This document shows positions 37,712-47,477 of a DNA stretch of 64,000 nt, one piece after another. The DNA lies in assembly GCA_963707635.1 (NCBI GenBank), contig OY970173.1:480001-544000 (forward strand). The letters run 5' to 3'. The DNA is from Candidatus Latescibacterota bacterium. Its GTDB lineage: Bacteria; Krumholzibacteriota; Krumholzibacteriia; WVZY01; JAKEHA01. Both the position numbers and the translations under genes were made by a program. The stretch's first letter is position 1, and each line of letters starts with the position of its first letter. The notes under the pieces were generated by a model. That model was not told the DNA's origin and made no database searches. It saw only the letters and a list, made by a program, of their open reading frames with translations.

Positions 37712-38506
37712 ATGGACCTCGGGATCAACGGACGCGCCGCCGCGGTCGCGGCTTCCAGTCAGGGACTCGGCTTTGCCTGCGCGCTCGAGCTCGCGCGCGA
37801 AGGCGCCGCGGTGGCGATCTGTTCGCGCGACCGCGCGCGCATCGATGCCGCCGCGGACCGTATTCGGACCGCCGTTCCCGGCGCGCGGGTCCACAGCGCC
37901 GTAGCCGATCTGTCCCGCACCGACGAGTGTCGCCGTTTCGTGGACGACGCGGCGGCCGCGTTCGGTCGCCTGGATATTCTCGTCACCAATTCGGGAGGAC
38001 CGACGCCCGGGGCGCTCGCGCAGACCACTCTCGAGGACGTGCGTCGCGGCGTCGATACCACGCTCATGAGCGCCATCGCACTCATCATGGCGGCCGTGCC
38101 GCACCTGCGCCGCGGTGGCTGGGGGCGCATCGTCAACATTCTCTCGATCACGGTCAAACAGCCGCGCGTGGACCTGCTGGTGTCCAACATCATGCGCCCC
38201 GGCATCCTCGGCTTCGCGAAATCGATTTCGCTCGAGCTGGCGGCGGAGGGCATCCTGGTCAACAACGTCGCCCCGAGCTACACGCGCACCGAGCGACTCC
38301 ACGAGCTCGCCGAGCACATTTCGAAAACCCGCGGCCGCCCCATGGAAGACGTGTTTGCGCAATGGGAGCGGAGTATTCCGGCTGGACGTCTCGGGACGCC
38401 GGAGGAACTCGCCGCGGTGGTGACGTTCCTGTGCTCCGAGCGGGCGAGCTATGTGACGGGGACGACGCTTCAGGTCGACGGCGGGTCGGTGCAGAGTCTG
38501 CTGTAG
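37712..38506 (+). CDS. SDR family oxidoreductase
   Basis: 'AASSQGLG', 'NSGGP', 'SNIMR', 'VDGG'; AAGGAG RBS. Confidence 0.9.
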   Translation: MDLGINGRAAAVAASSQGLGFACALELAREGAAVAICSRDRARIDAAADRIRTAVPGARVHSAVADLSRTDECRRFVDDAAAAFGRLDILVTNSGGPTPGALAQTTLEDVRRGVDTTLMSAIALIMAAVPHLRRGGWGRIVNILSITVKQPRVDLLVSNIMRPGILGFAKSISLELAAEGILVNNVAPSYTRTERLHELAEHISKTRGRPMEDVFAQWERSIPAGRLGTPEELAAVVTFLCSERASYVTGTTLQVDGGSVQSLL

Positions 38507-38527
38507 AGCACGGGCGGGCCGTGCGAC

Positions 38528-39442
38528 TCAAGACGTCGGACGCGCCTGGTAGGAACCCGAGATGCCGGTCTTGTCTTTCTGCCCCTGCAGCTTGCGAATG
38601 GTGGCGCGCATCCATTCCGCCTGTTCGGTGTGGCGAATCGCGGCTCCGACGTTTTCCGCGAACGCCTGCAGCGCGCGCAGGTCGTCGTCGTCCAGATGAA
38701 CATCGGACGAACGCGTGCTCACGTTGATCACGCCCACCAGCTCGTCGCGGAGAATGATGGGCACGACCATCGCCGAGGAGAGGTCCTTCTTCTTCAGTTC
38801 GAGTCCCGCCGGCGCGTTCTCGCCCCCCGGGCGCAGGAACAGCGGCTCGCGCTTCTGCGCCACCCAGCCCGCCACACCGCTGCCCACGGGCTGTCGCGTG
38901 CCCAGCATCCCATCCGGCACCAGTTTGCCGGCGACCGCGCGGACTTCCAGCGCGCCGCTCTCCACGTCGTGGAGCATCAGCGACGCCTGGTCGCAGTTGA
39001 AGACTTCGATGCACATCTTCACGATCGATTCGAAAACCGTCTGCAGGTCGCTCTGCGAAACCATCATGCGTCCGACGTTCAAGAGCGCGTACAGGCGCGA
39101 CGTGTGACGCTGGGCCCGGTCGCGCTCCATGCGCTGGTGTGATTCGAACTGCCTGCGGAGCGCCTTCAGGTAGCGCTGCTGGTGGGCGAGCCCGGCGAGG
39201 AGCAGCAGCGTCAGCGACAGGCCCACGATGACCATCATCTGCGGCTTCGAGAAGATCCAGAACGAGGCGAGCCGGTCGCTGAGAATCGGCGGGAGCACCG
39301 ACGCCGAGCTCAGCAGGGTGAGCAGGGTGACGGCGACGATGAGAGCCCAGCTGATGTACTCGCTGCGATGGACCTTGGTCAACGCGCCGGACTTGCCGCG
39401 CGTCTGGGGTCGTACCATCGCTCTATTTCGCGTAGCTGCCAT
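38528..39442 (-). CDS. Membrane-anchored GAF domain protein with no output domain
   Basis: Two TMs, coiled segment, 'ASLML...GVAGWVA...VPI...GVINV'. Confidence 0.8.
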   Translation of the reverse strand: MAATRNRAMVRPQTRGKSGALTKVHRSEYISWALIVAVTLLTLLSSASVLPPILSDRLASFWIFSKPQMMVIVGLSLTLLLLAGLAHQQRYLKALRRQFESHQRMERDRAQRHTSRLYALLNVGRMMVSQSDLQTVFESIVKMCIEVFNCDQASLMLHDVESGALEVRAVAGKLVPDGMLGTRQPVGSGVAGWVAQKREPLFLRPGGENAPAGLELKKKDLSSAMVVPIILRDELVGVINVSTRSSDVHLDDDDLRALQAFAENVGAAIRHTEQAEWMRATIRKLQGQKDKTGISGSYQARPTS

Positions 39443-39508
39443 GGGTTGCCTCTTCAGCCGATCTCAACATGTTGAAACCTGATGCGGAGATTATTCGATG
39501 GAGCGACG

Positions 39509-39523
39509 GCAAGTAGCGTGCCA
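39509..39523 (-). promoter_or_regulatory. Sigma54 promoter for the GAF gene
   Basis: TGGCACGCTACTTGC, exact match to TGGCACG-N4-TTGC. Confidence 0.8.
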
Positions 39524-39652
39524 TCAGGCCCTTGGCTTCTGGCGGGGAGTTGGGAGGCCGGTTGCGGGGCGGAAGGTTGCAAATGGGCACGGCCGGTTGC
39601 AATCAGCGACGGTGGCGCCCCGATCCCCACCGGCGCGGGCGGAGGAGCCGGA

Positions 39653-40657
39653 TCAGCTGCCCGGTCGGTACGTCCCCTCCAGCATCGCGCGAAAATCGCG
39701 CAGCGAGGTCCGCGCCGTGACCGCATAGCGAGGGATCTCGAAGCGTCCGGCGTCACCCCCCGGTCCGGCAGCGAACGGTACGTTCGTGCCCGCGCGCAGC
39801 GCGCACGTCCGGCGGAAGCCGGCCTGCGCCGCGACCCGGTCGAGCGCCGGATTGGCGAAGCCGTACGGCCACGCGAGGTACGACGGCGCGCGGCCGATGT
39901 TGAGCTGGATCGCCAGCCGCGACCGCGCTAGGTCGTCGAGCACCGCAGTGCTCCAGCTCTCGCGCCCGTCGATGCGGTACGCGCGTTCGCTGGCGGCGAT
40001 GAACACCGGCAGGACGTCGCGCTGGTGGTTGACCTTGTAGTGCAGATCGTCGGTGTGCGATTCGATGTCGAACACGCCGCTGCGCTGCATGGCGCGCAGG
40101 CGATCCCAATCCAGGCAGGTCACGTCACCCCAGCGCGTGCCGACGCGGGAAGTCACGAGGAACAGCGTTGCCCGCAGGCCGAGGCGCTGGAGGATCGGGA
40201 ATGCCTCGTCATACGCGCTGACGTCGCCGTCGTCGAACGTGATCACCACCGGCCGGGGTGGCAGCTTGCGCCGGCCGAGCTGCCACTCGGTGACGTCGTC
40301 GAGGGTCACGGCCTGATAGCCGCGCGCCTGCAGGTACTCCATCTGCCGTTCGAACCCTCCCACGCCCACGTTCCACAATTGCGAGTCGCCCAGGAGCGGC
40401 AGGCTGAGCACGACATACCCGAAGACGCGGGCGAAGTGAAGGGGCCCGCCGGGGCTGCGCAGATAGTGGTAGCAGAGCACGGGGACGCGCGCGGTGGAAT
40501 CGGCGGGCAGCGCGAGCGAGGTGTCGGACGCGGCGCGTTCTCTCACGCGCTCGCCGGCCCCGGTGCCCAAGGTCACCATCGTGCCGATGCCGAGCACCAT
40601 CAGCAGGCCCGCGATCGCGGCCACCGTCAGCGCAATTACCATCTCGCGTCGTCGCAT
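39653..40657 (-). CDS. Polysaccharide deacetylase (PgaB/IcaB-like CE4)
   Basis: 'VPVLCYH', 'ITFDDG', 'ESHTDDLH', 'AWPYG'. Confidence 0.88.
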   Translation of the reverse strand: MRRREMVIALTVAAIAGLLMVLGIGTMVTLGTGAGERVRERAASDTSLALPADSTARVPVLCYHYLRSPGGPLHFARVFGYVVLSLPLLGDSQLWNVGVGGFERQMEYLQARGYQAVTLDDVTEWQLGRRKLPPRPVVITFDDGDVSAYDEAFPILQRLGLRATLFLVTSRVGTRWGDVTCLDWDRLRAMQRSGVFDIESHTDDLHYKVNHQRDVLPVFIAASERAYRIDGRESWSTAVLDDLARSRLAIQLNIGRAPSYLAWPYGFANPALDRVAAQAGFRRTCALRAGTNVPFAAGPGGDAGRFEIPRYAVTARTSLRDFRAMLEGTYRPGS

Positions 40658-40664
40658 ACGACAC

Positions 40665-42407
40665 CTACCGTACGTGCAGATAATCGAGTGTCAAGTAAAA
40701 CCCGTCGGCCGCGTACCCTTCGCGCGAATCGAGGCGCGAGGTCGAGTTGTAATAACCCGCCGTCAGCGCCAGACCGCGCCAGATCGCGAACGACCCCGAC
40801 GCTTCGAAGCGGCCCGTGTCGAACCAGTCCTCGCCGTTTTCACGGTCGAGGCCGAGGCGCCCGGCGAGCCGCGCGCGGATGCGCGGCGAAAAGACGAAAT
40901 CGATGGCCACTTCTTCGTACACGCTCAGGTACTGCCGGGGATCGTAGTAGCCGTTGTCGGTCGTCTCCGAATAGCCGAAGTACCCCGCTCCGGTGCTCGA
41001 GGTGAGGCGGTTCACGACGCCGATCGGCAGCCGCCAGATCGGTTGCCACACCAGCCGTTCCCCCAGCCCCAGGCGCGTGTTGTCGTCGCTGTACCACCCG
41101 GTTTCGACCGCCGACACCAGCATGAGCGTGTACGCGAACCGCCAGTCCCAGCCCCCCGCCACCTCGGTAACCGAGATCCCGCGGAAGATGGCGTCGGGGA
41201 CGGCGAGCGAGCCGTGGAACAGCGAGATGTCGAATCTCCACCAGTCGCGCGGGGTGAGGGTGAGGAACGCGTCGATCGTCACCAGATTGAAATCGTCCAG
41301 CCAGTAGCTCTCCGGCCCCAGCGCAGAGCGGTCGAAGGAGTTCCACTGGTAGCCGGCGGCGGCGTGCAGCAGCACGGTTTTCGACAGGCGATGCTCGAGC
41401 ACGGCCGCCATCCAGTTGCGCGAGATGTCCGGCCGCCCAGGCTGTTCGAAACTCCCGTGGCCGTACTCGCCGGAGAAGCGCGTGACGTCGCTGGTGGAGA
41501 GGCCGGCGCGGAAGGTGTGGGCCCAGCGATCGATTTCATCGGTGTCGGTGTTGTGCTCGAGCGTGTAGGAGCCTCCCGGCGCGCGCGCGCGGTCCATGTC
41601 GGCGGCGAGGGCGGCGAGCCCGCGCGTAGGTTCGCCCTCGGCGATCACGGCGCGCGCGCGCTGCGGATCGCCCATCCAGTAACACGCTCGCGCGAGGCCT
41701 TCGCGCGCCTCGGGGTTGCCGGGATGGTCGACGAGGATGCTGTCGTACATCGCCGCCGCTTCGCGGTGACGCGCCGACCAGTTGGCCATCCGCGCCGCGC
41801 CGAGGCGCGCATCGAGGTTGCCGGGATGGTCGACGAGGATCGCGTCGTAGCGCGACCGCGCCCCGCCGACGTCGTCTTTCCAGCTGAAGGTCTGGGCGAT
41901 GCCGAGACGCACCTCGGTCTCGTACTCGTCGTCGCGGGGCAGGAGCGCTTCGTACGCGGCGATGCCCTCGTCGAACTGTCCGCTCCACGCGAGCGCGCGG
42001 GCGATGCCGATCTTCGCTTCCATGTCGTCGGGGTGGTGGGAAAGATACGACTGGTACCACTGGATCGCGGTGTCGGGCACAGCGGCCCACGTGTACTGGT
42101 GCCCCAACTCCTTGCCCAGATCCGCCTCGAGCGGCGGGTAGAGCACGATGGCGCGGTGATACCACCGGATCGCGTCGCGGTGCCGATCCTCGCCTGCCGC
42201 GACGCGGGCGCTGTCGACGCACGAGTTTGCGCGCGGGAGGTTGGCGGGATTCGCCGGGACGGTAGCCGCGACGGCGGCGCTCGAGTCGGCGCCGGTCGTC
42301 TGCGGCGCGGGGGCGTGCCGGGCCGCGTAGGCGGCGGCGTGCCGGGCGGCCTGAGCCGGTAGAGCGCCGATCACCAGCACCAGCAGTGCGATCGCGCTTC
42401 GCATCAC
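40665..42407 (-). CDS. TPR plus beta-barrel outer-membrane export protein (PgaA-like)
   Basis: Signal peptide, repeated 'DHPGN.(D/E)AR.G' TPRs, beta-strand C-terminus with 'GYYDP'. Confidence 0.7.
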   Translation of the reverse strand: MMRSAIALLVLVIGALPAQAARHAAAYAARHAPAPQTTGADSSAAVAATVPANPANLPRANSCVDSARVAAGEDRHRDAIRWYHRAIVLYPPLEADLGKELGHQYTWAAVPDTAIQWYQSYLSHHPDDMEAKIGIARALAWSGQFDEGIAAYEALLPRDDEYETEVRLGIAQTFSWKDDVGGARSRYDAILVDHPGNLDARLGAARMANWSARHREAAAMYDSILVDHPGNPEAREGLARACYWMGDPQRARAVIAEGEPTRGLAALAADMDRARAPGGSYTLEHNTDTDEIDRWAHTFRAGLSTSDVTRFSGEYGHGSFEQPGRPDISRNWMAAVLEHRLSKTVLLHAAAGYQWNSFDRSALGPESYWLDDFNLVTIDAFLTLTPRDWWRFDISLFHGSLAVPDAIFRGISVTEVAGGWDWRFAYTLMLVSAVETGWYSDDNTRLGLGERLVWQPIWRLPIGVVNRLTSSTGAGYFGYSETTDNGYYDPRQYLSVYEEVAIDFVFSPRIRARLAGRLGLDRENGEDWFDTGRFEASGSFAIWRGLALTAGYYNSTSRLDSREGYAADGFYLTLDYLHVR

Positions 42408-43675
42408 GCGTCACCTCGCACGGGCTTCCAGCGGACGGGCGCCGCCCTGGGGGCACGAAGGATTGCCGCGGGCGTCGAGATCGACGTCACGATCGCCATG
42501 AGGATCCAGTAGAGCAACGGATAGAACACCGCCGTGAAGTAATAGAGAGAGATGTGCCGATCGTAGCGGCGGTCGAGCAGTACGCCCACCAGCAGCTGCG
42601 TGAGGCACATCGTGCACATCAACATACCCCACCAGTTCGGGATCGGCGACGCACCCACCGGCGGGTATCCGATCGTGTAACTGAAGAGCCACAGCGAGGT
42701 CAGCACCACGAAGCAATATGCCCAGGTGATGGAAAGCCACGACTCGACGATGAGCGGCCACAGGCGCCGGCGCTTCCACGTCATCGCCGCCGCGCCGTGA
42801 CGGCGCAGCACCTGGGCGAGACCGGTCGCCCAGCGCTGCCGCTGGCGCCAGAGCCCCCCGAGCGTCGAAGGCACGCGCATCCACACCACCGCGCGCGGCT
42901 CGTAACGGATGTCCCAGAACTTGAGCTGCAGCTTCCACGACAGGTCGATGTCTTCCGTCGCCATGTCCGGGCTGTAGAGGCCGACGTCGAGCATGGCGTT
43001 GCGGTGGAAGGCGCCCACGACGCCGCTCATGGTGAGGATGCGTCCCCACACGCGTTGGGCGCGGCGTTGCAAACTGATGATGGCGGTGAACTCGATCGCC
43101 TGCAGTTTGCAGAGCAGGGTGTTTCGGTTGATGACGCGCGGGTTGCCGGTGACCGCGCCGACGCGCGGCGACTTGAAATGGGGAACCACGACCTTGAGGA
43201 TCTGCGGGTCGGGAATCGCGTCCGCGTCCATCACCAGCAGGATCTCGCCGTTGGTGCAGCGCAGGCCGTCGTTGAGCGCCATCGCCTTGCCCTCGTTCGC
43301 GAGCTTGCGCACCAGCCGCACTTTATGGTCGCGGACGTACGGCAGTACCAGCGCGGCGGTGTCGTCCACGCTGCCGTCGTCGATGATCACGACTTCGAAG
43401 TTCGGGTAGTCGATCGCCAGGATGCCATCGATCGTTGACTGGATGTGTTCGCTCTCGTTGTACGCGGCGATCACGACCGACACCATCGGAGTGAAGGCGG
43501 GGTCGAGTTTTGGCTGGATGTCCTCGGCTCGCCGCTCGCGGCGCAGGTAGTAGAGCATCGACACCATCACCAGCACGCCGCTCGACACGAGTGGGTACCA
43601 AGCGAAGAACGAAAGCACGGCCAGGTAGACCACGTTGGCCTCGATCGCTTCCAGTATGCCGATGACGTCGATCAT
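42404..43675 (-). CDS. pgaC: Poly-beta-1,6-GlcNAc synthase (GT2)
   Basis: 'DDGSVD', 'GKAMALN', 'DAD', 'TEDID', 'QRQRWA'. Confidence 0.88.
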   Translation of the reverse strand: MIDVIGILEAIEANVVYLAVLSFFAWYPLVSSGVLVMVSMLYYLRRERRAEDIQPKLDPAFTPMVSVVIAAYNESEHIQSTIDGILAIDYPNFEVVIIDDGSVDDTAALVLPYVRDHKVRLVRKLANEGKAMALNDGLRCTNGEILLVMDADAIPDPQILKVVVPHFKSPRVGAVTGNPRVINRNTLLCKLQAIEFTAIISLQRRAQRVWGRILTMSGVVGAFHRNAMLDVGLYSPDMATEDIDLSWKLQLKFWDIRYEPRAVVWMRVPSTLGGLWRQRQRWATGLAQVLRRHGAAAMTWKRRRLWPLIVESWLSITWAYCFVVLTSLWLFSYTIGYPPVGASPIPNWWGMLMCTMCLTQLLVGVLLDRRYDRHISLYYFTAVFYPLLYWILMAIVTSISTPAAILRAPRAAPVRWKPVRGDA

Positions 43676-43688
43676 GCGCAGCCCGGGC

Positions 43689-44078
43689 TCAATCGGGGAT
43701 CACGTCGTTGACGCGAAAGAGTTTGTAGCCCGCTTCCTGGTTCTCGGAGTCGGCCATCTCGACGACGTGCACCTCGACGTAGCGGGCGCGGCGAATCATG
43801 TCGTCGTCCTGCAGGACGAACGCGCGACCCAGGAAGTCGCTGGCCGGGGGAATGTTGCCTCCGCGACGGTCGCGGCGCCGGGTGCGGCGCGCGATGCGGA
43901 TGTTGTGGAATACCCAGATAAGATCGAAGACGGTAATGCTCGCGACGATGATGCTCACGACGGCCAGCGAGTGTTTCATCTCGGCGGATACCGGACGCTG
44001 CATCACGACGTGCCAGTAGTAGCCGAACACCACCCACAGCAACACGCCGAGCACGATATGAAGAATCGATCGAGCCAT
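43689..44078 (-). CDS. Small 2-TM protein, PgaD-like
   Basis: Two TMs then 'WVFHN...RR', directly upstream of pgaC. Confidence 0.6.
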   Translation of the reverse strand: MARSILHIVLGVLLWVVFGYYWHVVMQRPVSAEMKHSLAVVSIIVASITVFDLIWVFHNIRIARRTRRRDRRGGNIPPASDFLGRAFVLQDDDMIRRARYVEVHVVEMADSENQEAGYKLFRVNDVIPD

Positions 44079-44123
44079 TGGAGGAAACACCACCGTGATT
44101 GTGCACGTGGCAACAGGACCAAC

Positions 44124-44139
44124 TGCAATGCCTGTGCCC
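44124..44139 (-). promoter_or_regulatory. Putative sigma54 promoter for the pga-like operon
   Basis: GGGCACAGGCATTGCA (GG-N10-GC with TTGCA). Confidence 0.65.
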
Positions 44140-44376
44140 CGGAGCGAAGGGGAGGCGCGGGGGGTGATGGTGGACGATAATACCGCATGGGGGTGGCTTG
44201 GGTGCGTCGCCGCACCCGCGGGCCGTCCGCGGTCGTCCCGTATGCCCCACCGGAGCTTCCGGCCGGCACCCGCGGGGGGCACGAACGCCCCGGGCGAGCC
44301 GACGGGGGCGCGTTGGGGTGCATGGTTTCCGGGGACGGAGGGCGCCGCGCGGCGTGAGGGCGCGGTGCCAGGCGCG

Positions 44377-44946
44377 CTACATGGTGCGGCGGAGACGGAC
44401 AGGCTCGGAAAACGCCTCCGGCGTTTTCGCGTATTTGCGCACGAACGTTTGCAGGTCTGCAGTGGGCGCGGTCAGGAGCACGGCGCCGTCGCGGGGCACG
44501 TGAGCGATGGATGTCTTCTTCGCACCGACCACCGTCTCCAGCCATTCCGCGTCGAAGTCCGACACCCAGAGCGTGTCGGCGTCCCGCTCGATCCGGAGGA
44601 TGTTGTGCACGCGCAGCAGGTGGTCCATGTAGAAGCTGTTTTCGTTGTCGGGTTCCTCGGGATAGATGTCGAGGAACGTCACGTCGTCGAGTTCCACCAG
44701 CACGGCCTCGAAGCGCGCGCTCGACCCGCTTTCCTCGCACAGCAACGTGTAGCTCCCGCGGGTCGAGTCGATCAAGGTGAACAGGAAACCCTCGTCTTCC
44801 TCCGGCATCCACGAGCCGACCAGCTCGGGGTCGAAATGGGCGATGGTGTCGGTATAGAGCGGGTTGAGCGCCTGCACGTAGCAGCCGCCCGCCGTCAGGC
44901 ACGCGCCGACGAGCAGGAACGCAATAAGTCGAGGTGATGGAGACAC
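44377..44946 (-). CDS. Hypothetical lipoprotein
   Basis: Lipobox AGGC, 'LNPLY...DPELVGSW'; start uncertain. Confidence 0.65.
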   Translation of the reverse strand: MSPSPRLIAFLLVGACLTAGGCYVQALNPLYTDTIAHFDPELVGSWMPEEDEGFLFTLIDSTRGSYTLLCEESGSSARFEAVLVELDDVTFLDIYPEEPDNENSFYMDHLLRVHNILRIERDADTLWVSDFDAEWLETVVGAKKTSIAHVPRDGAVLLTAPTADLQTFVRKYAKTPEAFSEPVRLRRTM

Positions 44947-45008
44947 GGTTCGGTACGGAGCGCGGATCAATGGTAGCGGCCCGCGCGCGCGCGCGCAAGG
45001 GGCGCGAG

Positions 45009-45986
45009 CTAGTGGTGGGCGCCTCCCCACGTTTTCTCGCCTGCCTCCACCCGCATCGGCAGCACGTTATCGCGGTGCGGGAGCGGGCAGGTGGCGAAGG
45101 GCGTGAACACGCACGGCGGGTTGTAGGCGCGGTTGAAATCGATCACGGTCTTGCCGTCCGGTCCCGGCGCGCGAACGTAGACGAAGCGGCCGCCGCCGTA
45201 GGTGTCGTGACCGCTGGTGGCGTCGCCGAAGACGATAAACCACTCGTCCGCCGACTCCGACATCGGTTCGAGCCGGTATTCCTTGTCGTCGATGGAAAAG
45301 ACCAGCGCGCCGGGGCAGTCGACCACTTCCTCGAAGCCGGCGATGTTCGGGATGGTGACCCGGCGCGGAGGGTCGTAGGGGTCGAGGCGCGCTTCGACGC
45401 GCCAGGCGCGCCGCACCGGGAACCGTTCGATGCCCGTGAAATTCTTGCGTACTTCGCTCTCGGAGTCCTTGACGCGCAGGTAGAGGGTTCCGGGGCGGTC
45501 GATCGCGTAGAAGCGGATGGTTCCCATCTGGATCTCGGTGGGGGCAGCGCCGCCATGGTCGGTCGCGAGGGCGATTTGCGAGACCGGCACGCCGTCGTGC
45601 GTCATCTGGACTCCATCGGCTACCGTGAGTGTCACTCCGGTGGAATCGACCGTGATCGTTCCGGCGCGCGCGGGTGCCTTCGCCGGAAAGACAAAGTCGT
45701 TGTCCTCCGCCGACCCGAACTGGTAGCGGCCCGGCGGCATCGGGAAGAGTCCGACGAGCGTCAGCCAGCCGTCTTCGGCCGTCAGCCGGACCATTCGGCC
45801 CCGATGCCACTCCTCGACGTCGCGTCGATGCGAGCCCGTGTTGACGTTCACTCCCATGCCTGCGCCCCCCGCCCCGACGCCGACGCTGCCGCCGCAGGCA
45901 AGCGAGCTCAGAAGCGCGCTCGCGAGCATTGCGCCCGCACCCATCGTTATGCGCCGCACCGCGATACCTCCTGTGACGATGGCCAT
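45009..45986 (-). CDS. DUF1684 family protein
   Basis: 'GWLTLVGL', 'TYGGGRF', 'DFNRAYNPPC.FTPFATCP', 'AGEK'; start uncertain. Confidence 0.88.
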   Translation of the reverse strand: MAIVTGGIAVRRITMGAGAMLASALLSSLACGGSVGVGAGGAGMGVNVNTGSHRRDVEEWHRGRMVRLTAEDGWLTLVGLFPMPPGRYQFGSAEDNDFVFPAKAPARAGTITVDSTGVTLTVADGVQMTHDGVPVSQIALATDHGGAAPTEIQMGTIRFYAIDRPGTLYLRVKDSESEVRKNFTGIERFPVRRAWRVEARLDPYDPPRRVTIPNIAGFEEVVDCPGALVFSIDDKEYRLEPMSESADEWFIVFGDATSGHDTYGGGRFVYVRAPGPDGKTVIDFNRAYNPPCVFTPFATCPLPHRDNVLPMRVEAGEKTWGGAHH

Positions 45987-45993
45987 GTGCGCC

Positions 45994-47046
45994 TCACGGG
46001 CCGGTCGTGTAATAGATCGTGAGCCTGGGCCGGTTGGCGGCCGTGGGATTCTCGCGCGAGTCGAATCGTTTGGCGGTGGTCATGGTCGCTTCGTTGCCGA
46101 TCAGGATCCAGCCGAAGTTGGTTGCCGGAGAATCCAGCCAGGATTGCACGTTGGCGGCCATCCCCGCCGACTTCCACGTGTAGAAACCGATGCTCACCAC
46201 CGACTGCGAAGCAGCCGCGCCGGCGACGAAGTCGCCGCCGGGCGTTGCCCACGTGATCGTGTCGAAAAAGCGGTGCCTCCAGGTGACGTCGCCCGGCTGG
46301 GCGAAATCGCCGGTGCCCTCCCCTAATGTGGCGTCCGAATTGCCTTCACCCCAGTCGGCCAGCAGGGCGTGGAGCGTGTGCGTCTTGGCAGGGGCGATCG
46401 TCTTTGAGACGTGCAGCGTGAGCTGTACGCTGTCGATGGTGGCGCCGGCCGGGAGGCTGTCGGCGACGGCGAAATACAACAGCGCGCGCCGGGATTGGGG
46501 AGTCCCCGCGAGGCCCGCGTTCTTCCCCGAAAAGATGTATTCCCCCTTGCCGTTGCTGTAGTCGTCGTCCTCGTACATCGTATTGTCGCGGGCCGGCGGG
46601 ATGTTCTTGACCCAGTGCAGCGGCGTGCCGCTCGGCGCCTTGATGGCGTTGTTGGACACCGGCGACTGGTTGCCGTCCTCGTCGTCGGCGCGAATCGCGA
46701 AGTAGTAGAGGAGCGTCGAATCGAGCCCGGTGACCGTGAACGATTCCGTGAGCCCGGCGTCCTGGGGAGCGGGCACCCCCGGAACCGTGGTCGCGGCGGC
46801 GAAGTTGGACTCCGTGATGGTGGTGCCGAAGTGCTTGAGCACGTACGTGCCGGCACGGCCCACGTCACCGTTGTCGCCGGGCGCGGTCCAGGTCAGCGTG
46901 ATGCTGGTGTCGGTGACCGCGGCGACCGCGAGGTCGGTGACGCGGCCCGGTGCGATGGTGTCGGAAGTGAGGCTCAGGTCGTCGTCGCACGCCCAGGTGA
47001 GCGCGAGGGCCAGGGTGAGTGCGGCGGCGGCGCGAAGTATTCTCAT
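45994..47046 (-). CDS. Lipoprotein with fibronectin-III and DNRLRE-like domains
   Basis: Lipobox WAC, 'LTWTAPGD', 'YYFAIRA', 'WLDSPATNFGW', 'RPRLTI'. Confidence 0.75.
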   Translation of the reverse strand: MRILRAAAALTLALALTWACDDDLSLTSDTIAPGRVTDLAVAAVTDTSITLTWTAPGDNGDVGRAGTYVLKHFGTTITESNFAAATTVPGVPAPQDAGLTESFTVTGLDSTLLYYFAIRADDEDGNQSPVSNNAIKAPSGTPLHWVKNIPPARDNTMYEDDDYSNGKGEYIFSGKNAGLAGTPQSRRALLYFAVADSLPAGATIDSVQLTLHVSKTIAPAKTHTLHALLADWGEGNSDATLGEGTGDFAQPGDVTWRHRFFDTITWATPGGDFVAGAAASQSVVSIGFYTWKSAGMAANVQSWLDSPATNFGWILIGNEATMTTAKRFDSRENPTAANRPRLTIYYTTGP

Positions 47047-47474
47047 CTCGACTCCTTCGGATGCTGGTATTCGACGACGGCGCGTACGCGATTCCGGTCG
47101 TTCTCGCGCGTGTAACCGAAATCGCTGGTGAGATGCCTGACGATATAGATTCCGTAGCCGCGTTCCTGCCGGTCCTCGAGCGGTCCTTCGAGCACGGGCG
47201 GGGGAGCCGTTCTGGGGTCGAACGGCCTGCCGTCGTCGTCGATCACGACCGTCGCGCGGCCGGGCTCGGTGCGCACGTCGAGCGTGATCGAGTGCGCGCC
47301 CGCATCGTCGTACGCGTGGTTGATCACGTTCACGAAAAGCTCCTCGATCACCAGCCGGACGCGCCGGACGGCGTCCGGGGGGACACCCTCCTCGTCCAGG
47401 AACTCGTTGAGTGCGAATCCAAGACGCTTCAGCTCGGGCAGCTGGTTCTGGAGCGACAGGCGCAGGATTCCCAT
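47043..47474 (-). CDS. RsbW-like anti-sigma/serine kinase (HATPase_c_2)
   Basis: 'EELFVNVINHAY', 'DDGRPFDP', 'GYGIYIV'. Confidence 0.88.
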   Translation of the reverse strand: MGILRLSLQNQLPELKRLGFALNEFLDEEGVPPDAVRRVRLVIEELFVNVINHAYDDAGAHSITLDVRTEPGRATVVIDDDGRPFDPRTAPPPVLEGPLEDRQERGYGIYIVRHLTSDFGYTRENDRNRVRAVVEYQHPKESR

Positions 47475-47477
47475 CGG

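Noticed and set aside
39585..39601. Plus-strand GGCACGGCCGGTTGC as a sigma54 promoter
   Set aside because: Spacing is GG-N11-GC and no plus-strand gene follows
41701..41850. Direct repeat GTTGCCGGGATGGTCGACGAGGAT, two copies 102 bp apart
   Set aside because: Explained by tandem 34-aa TPR coding repeats
44161..44376. GC-rich hairpins upstream of the pga-like operon as a c-di-GMP riboswitch
   Set aside because: No class I/II consensus recognised; they lie upstream of the predicted sigma54 start
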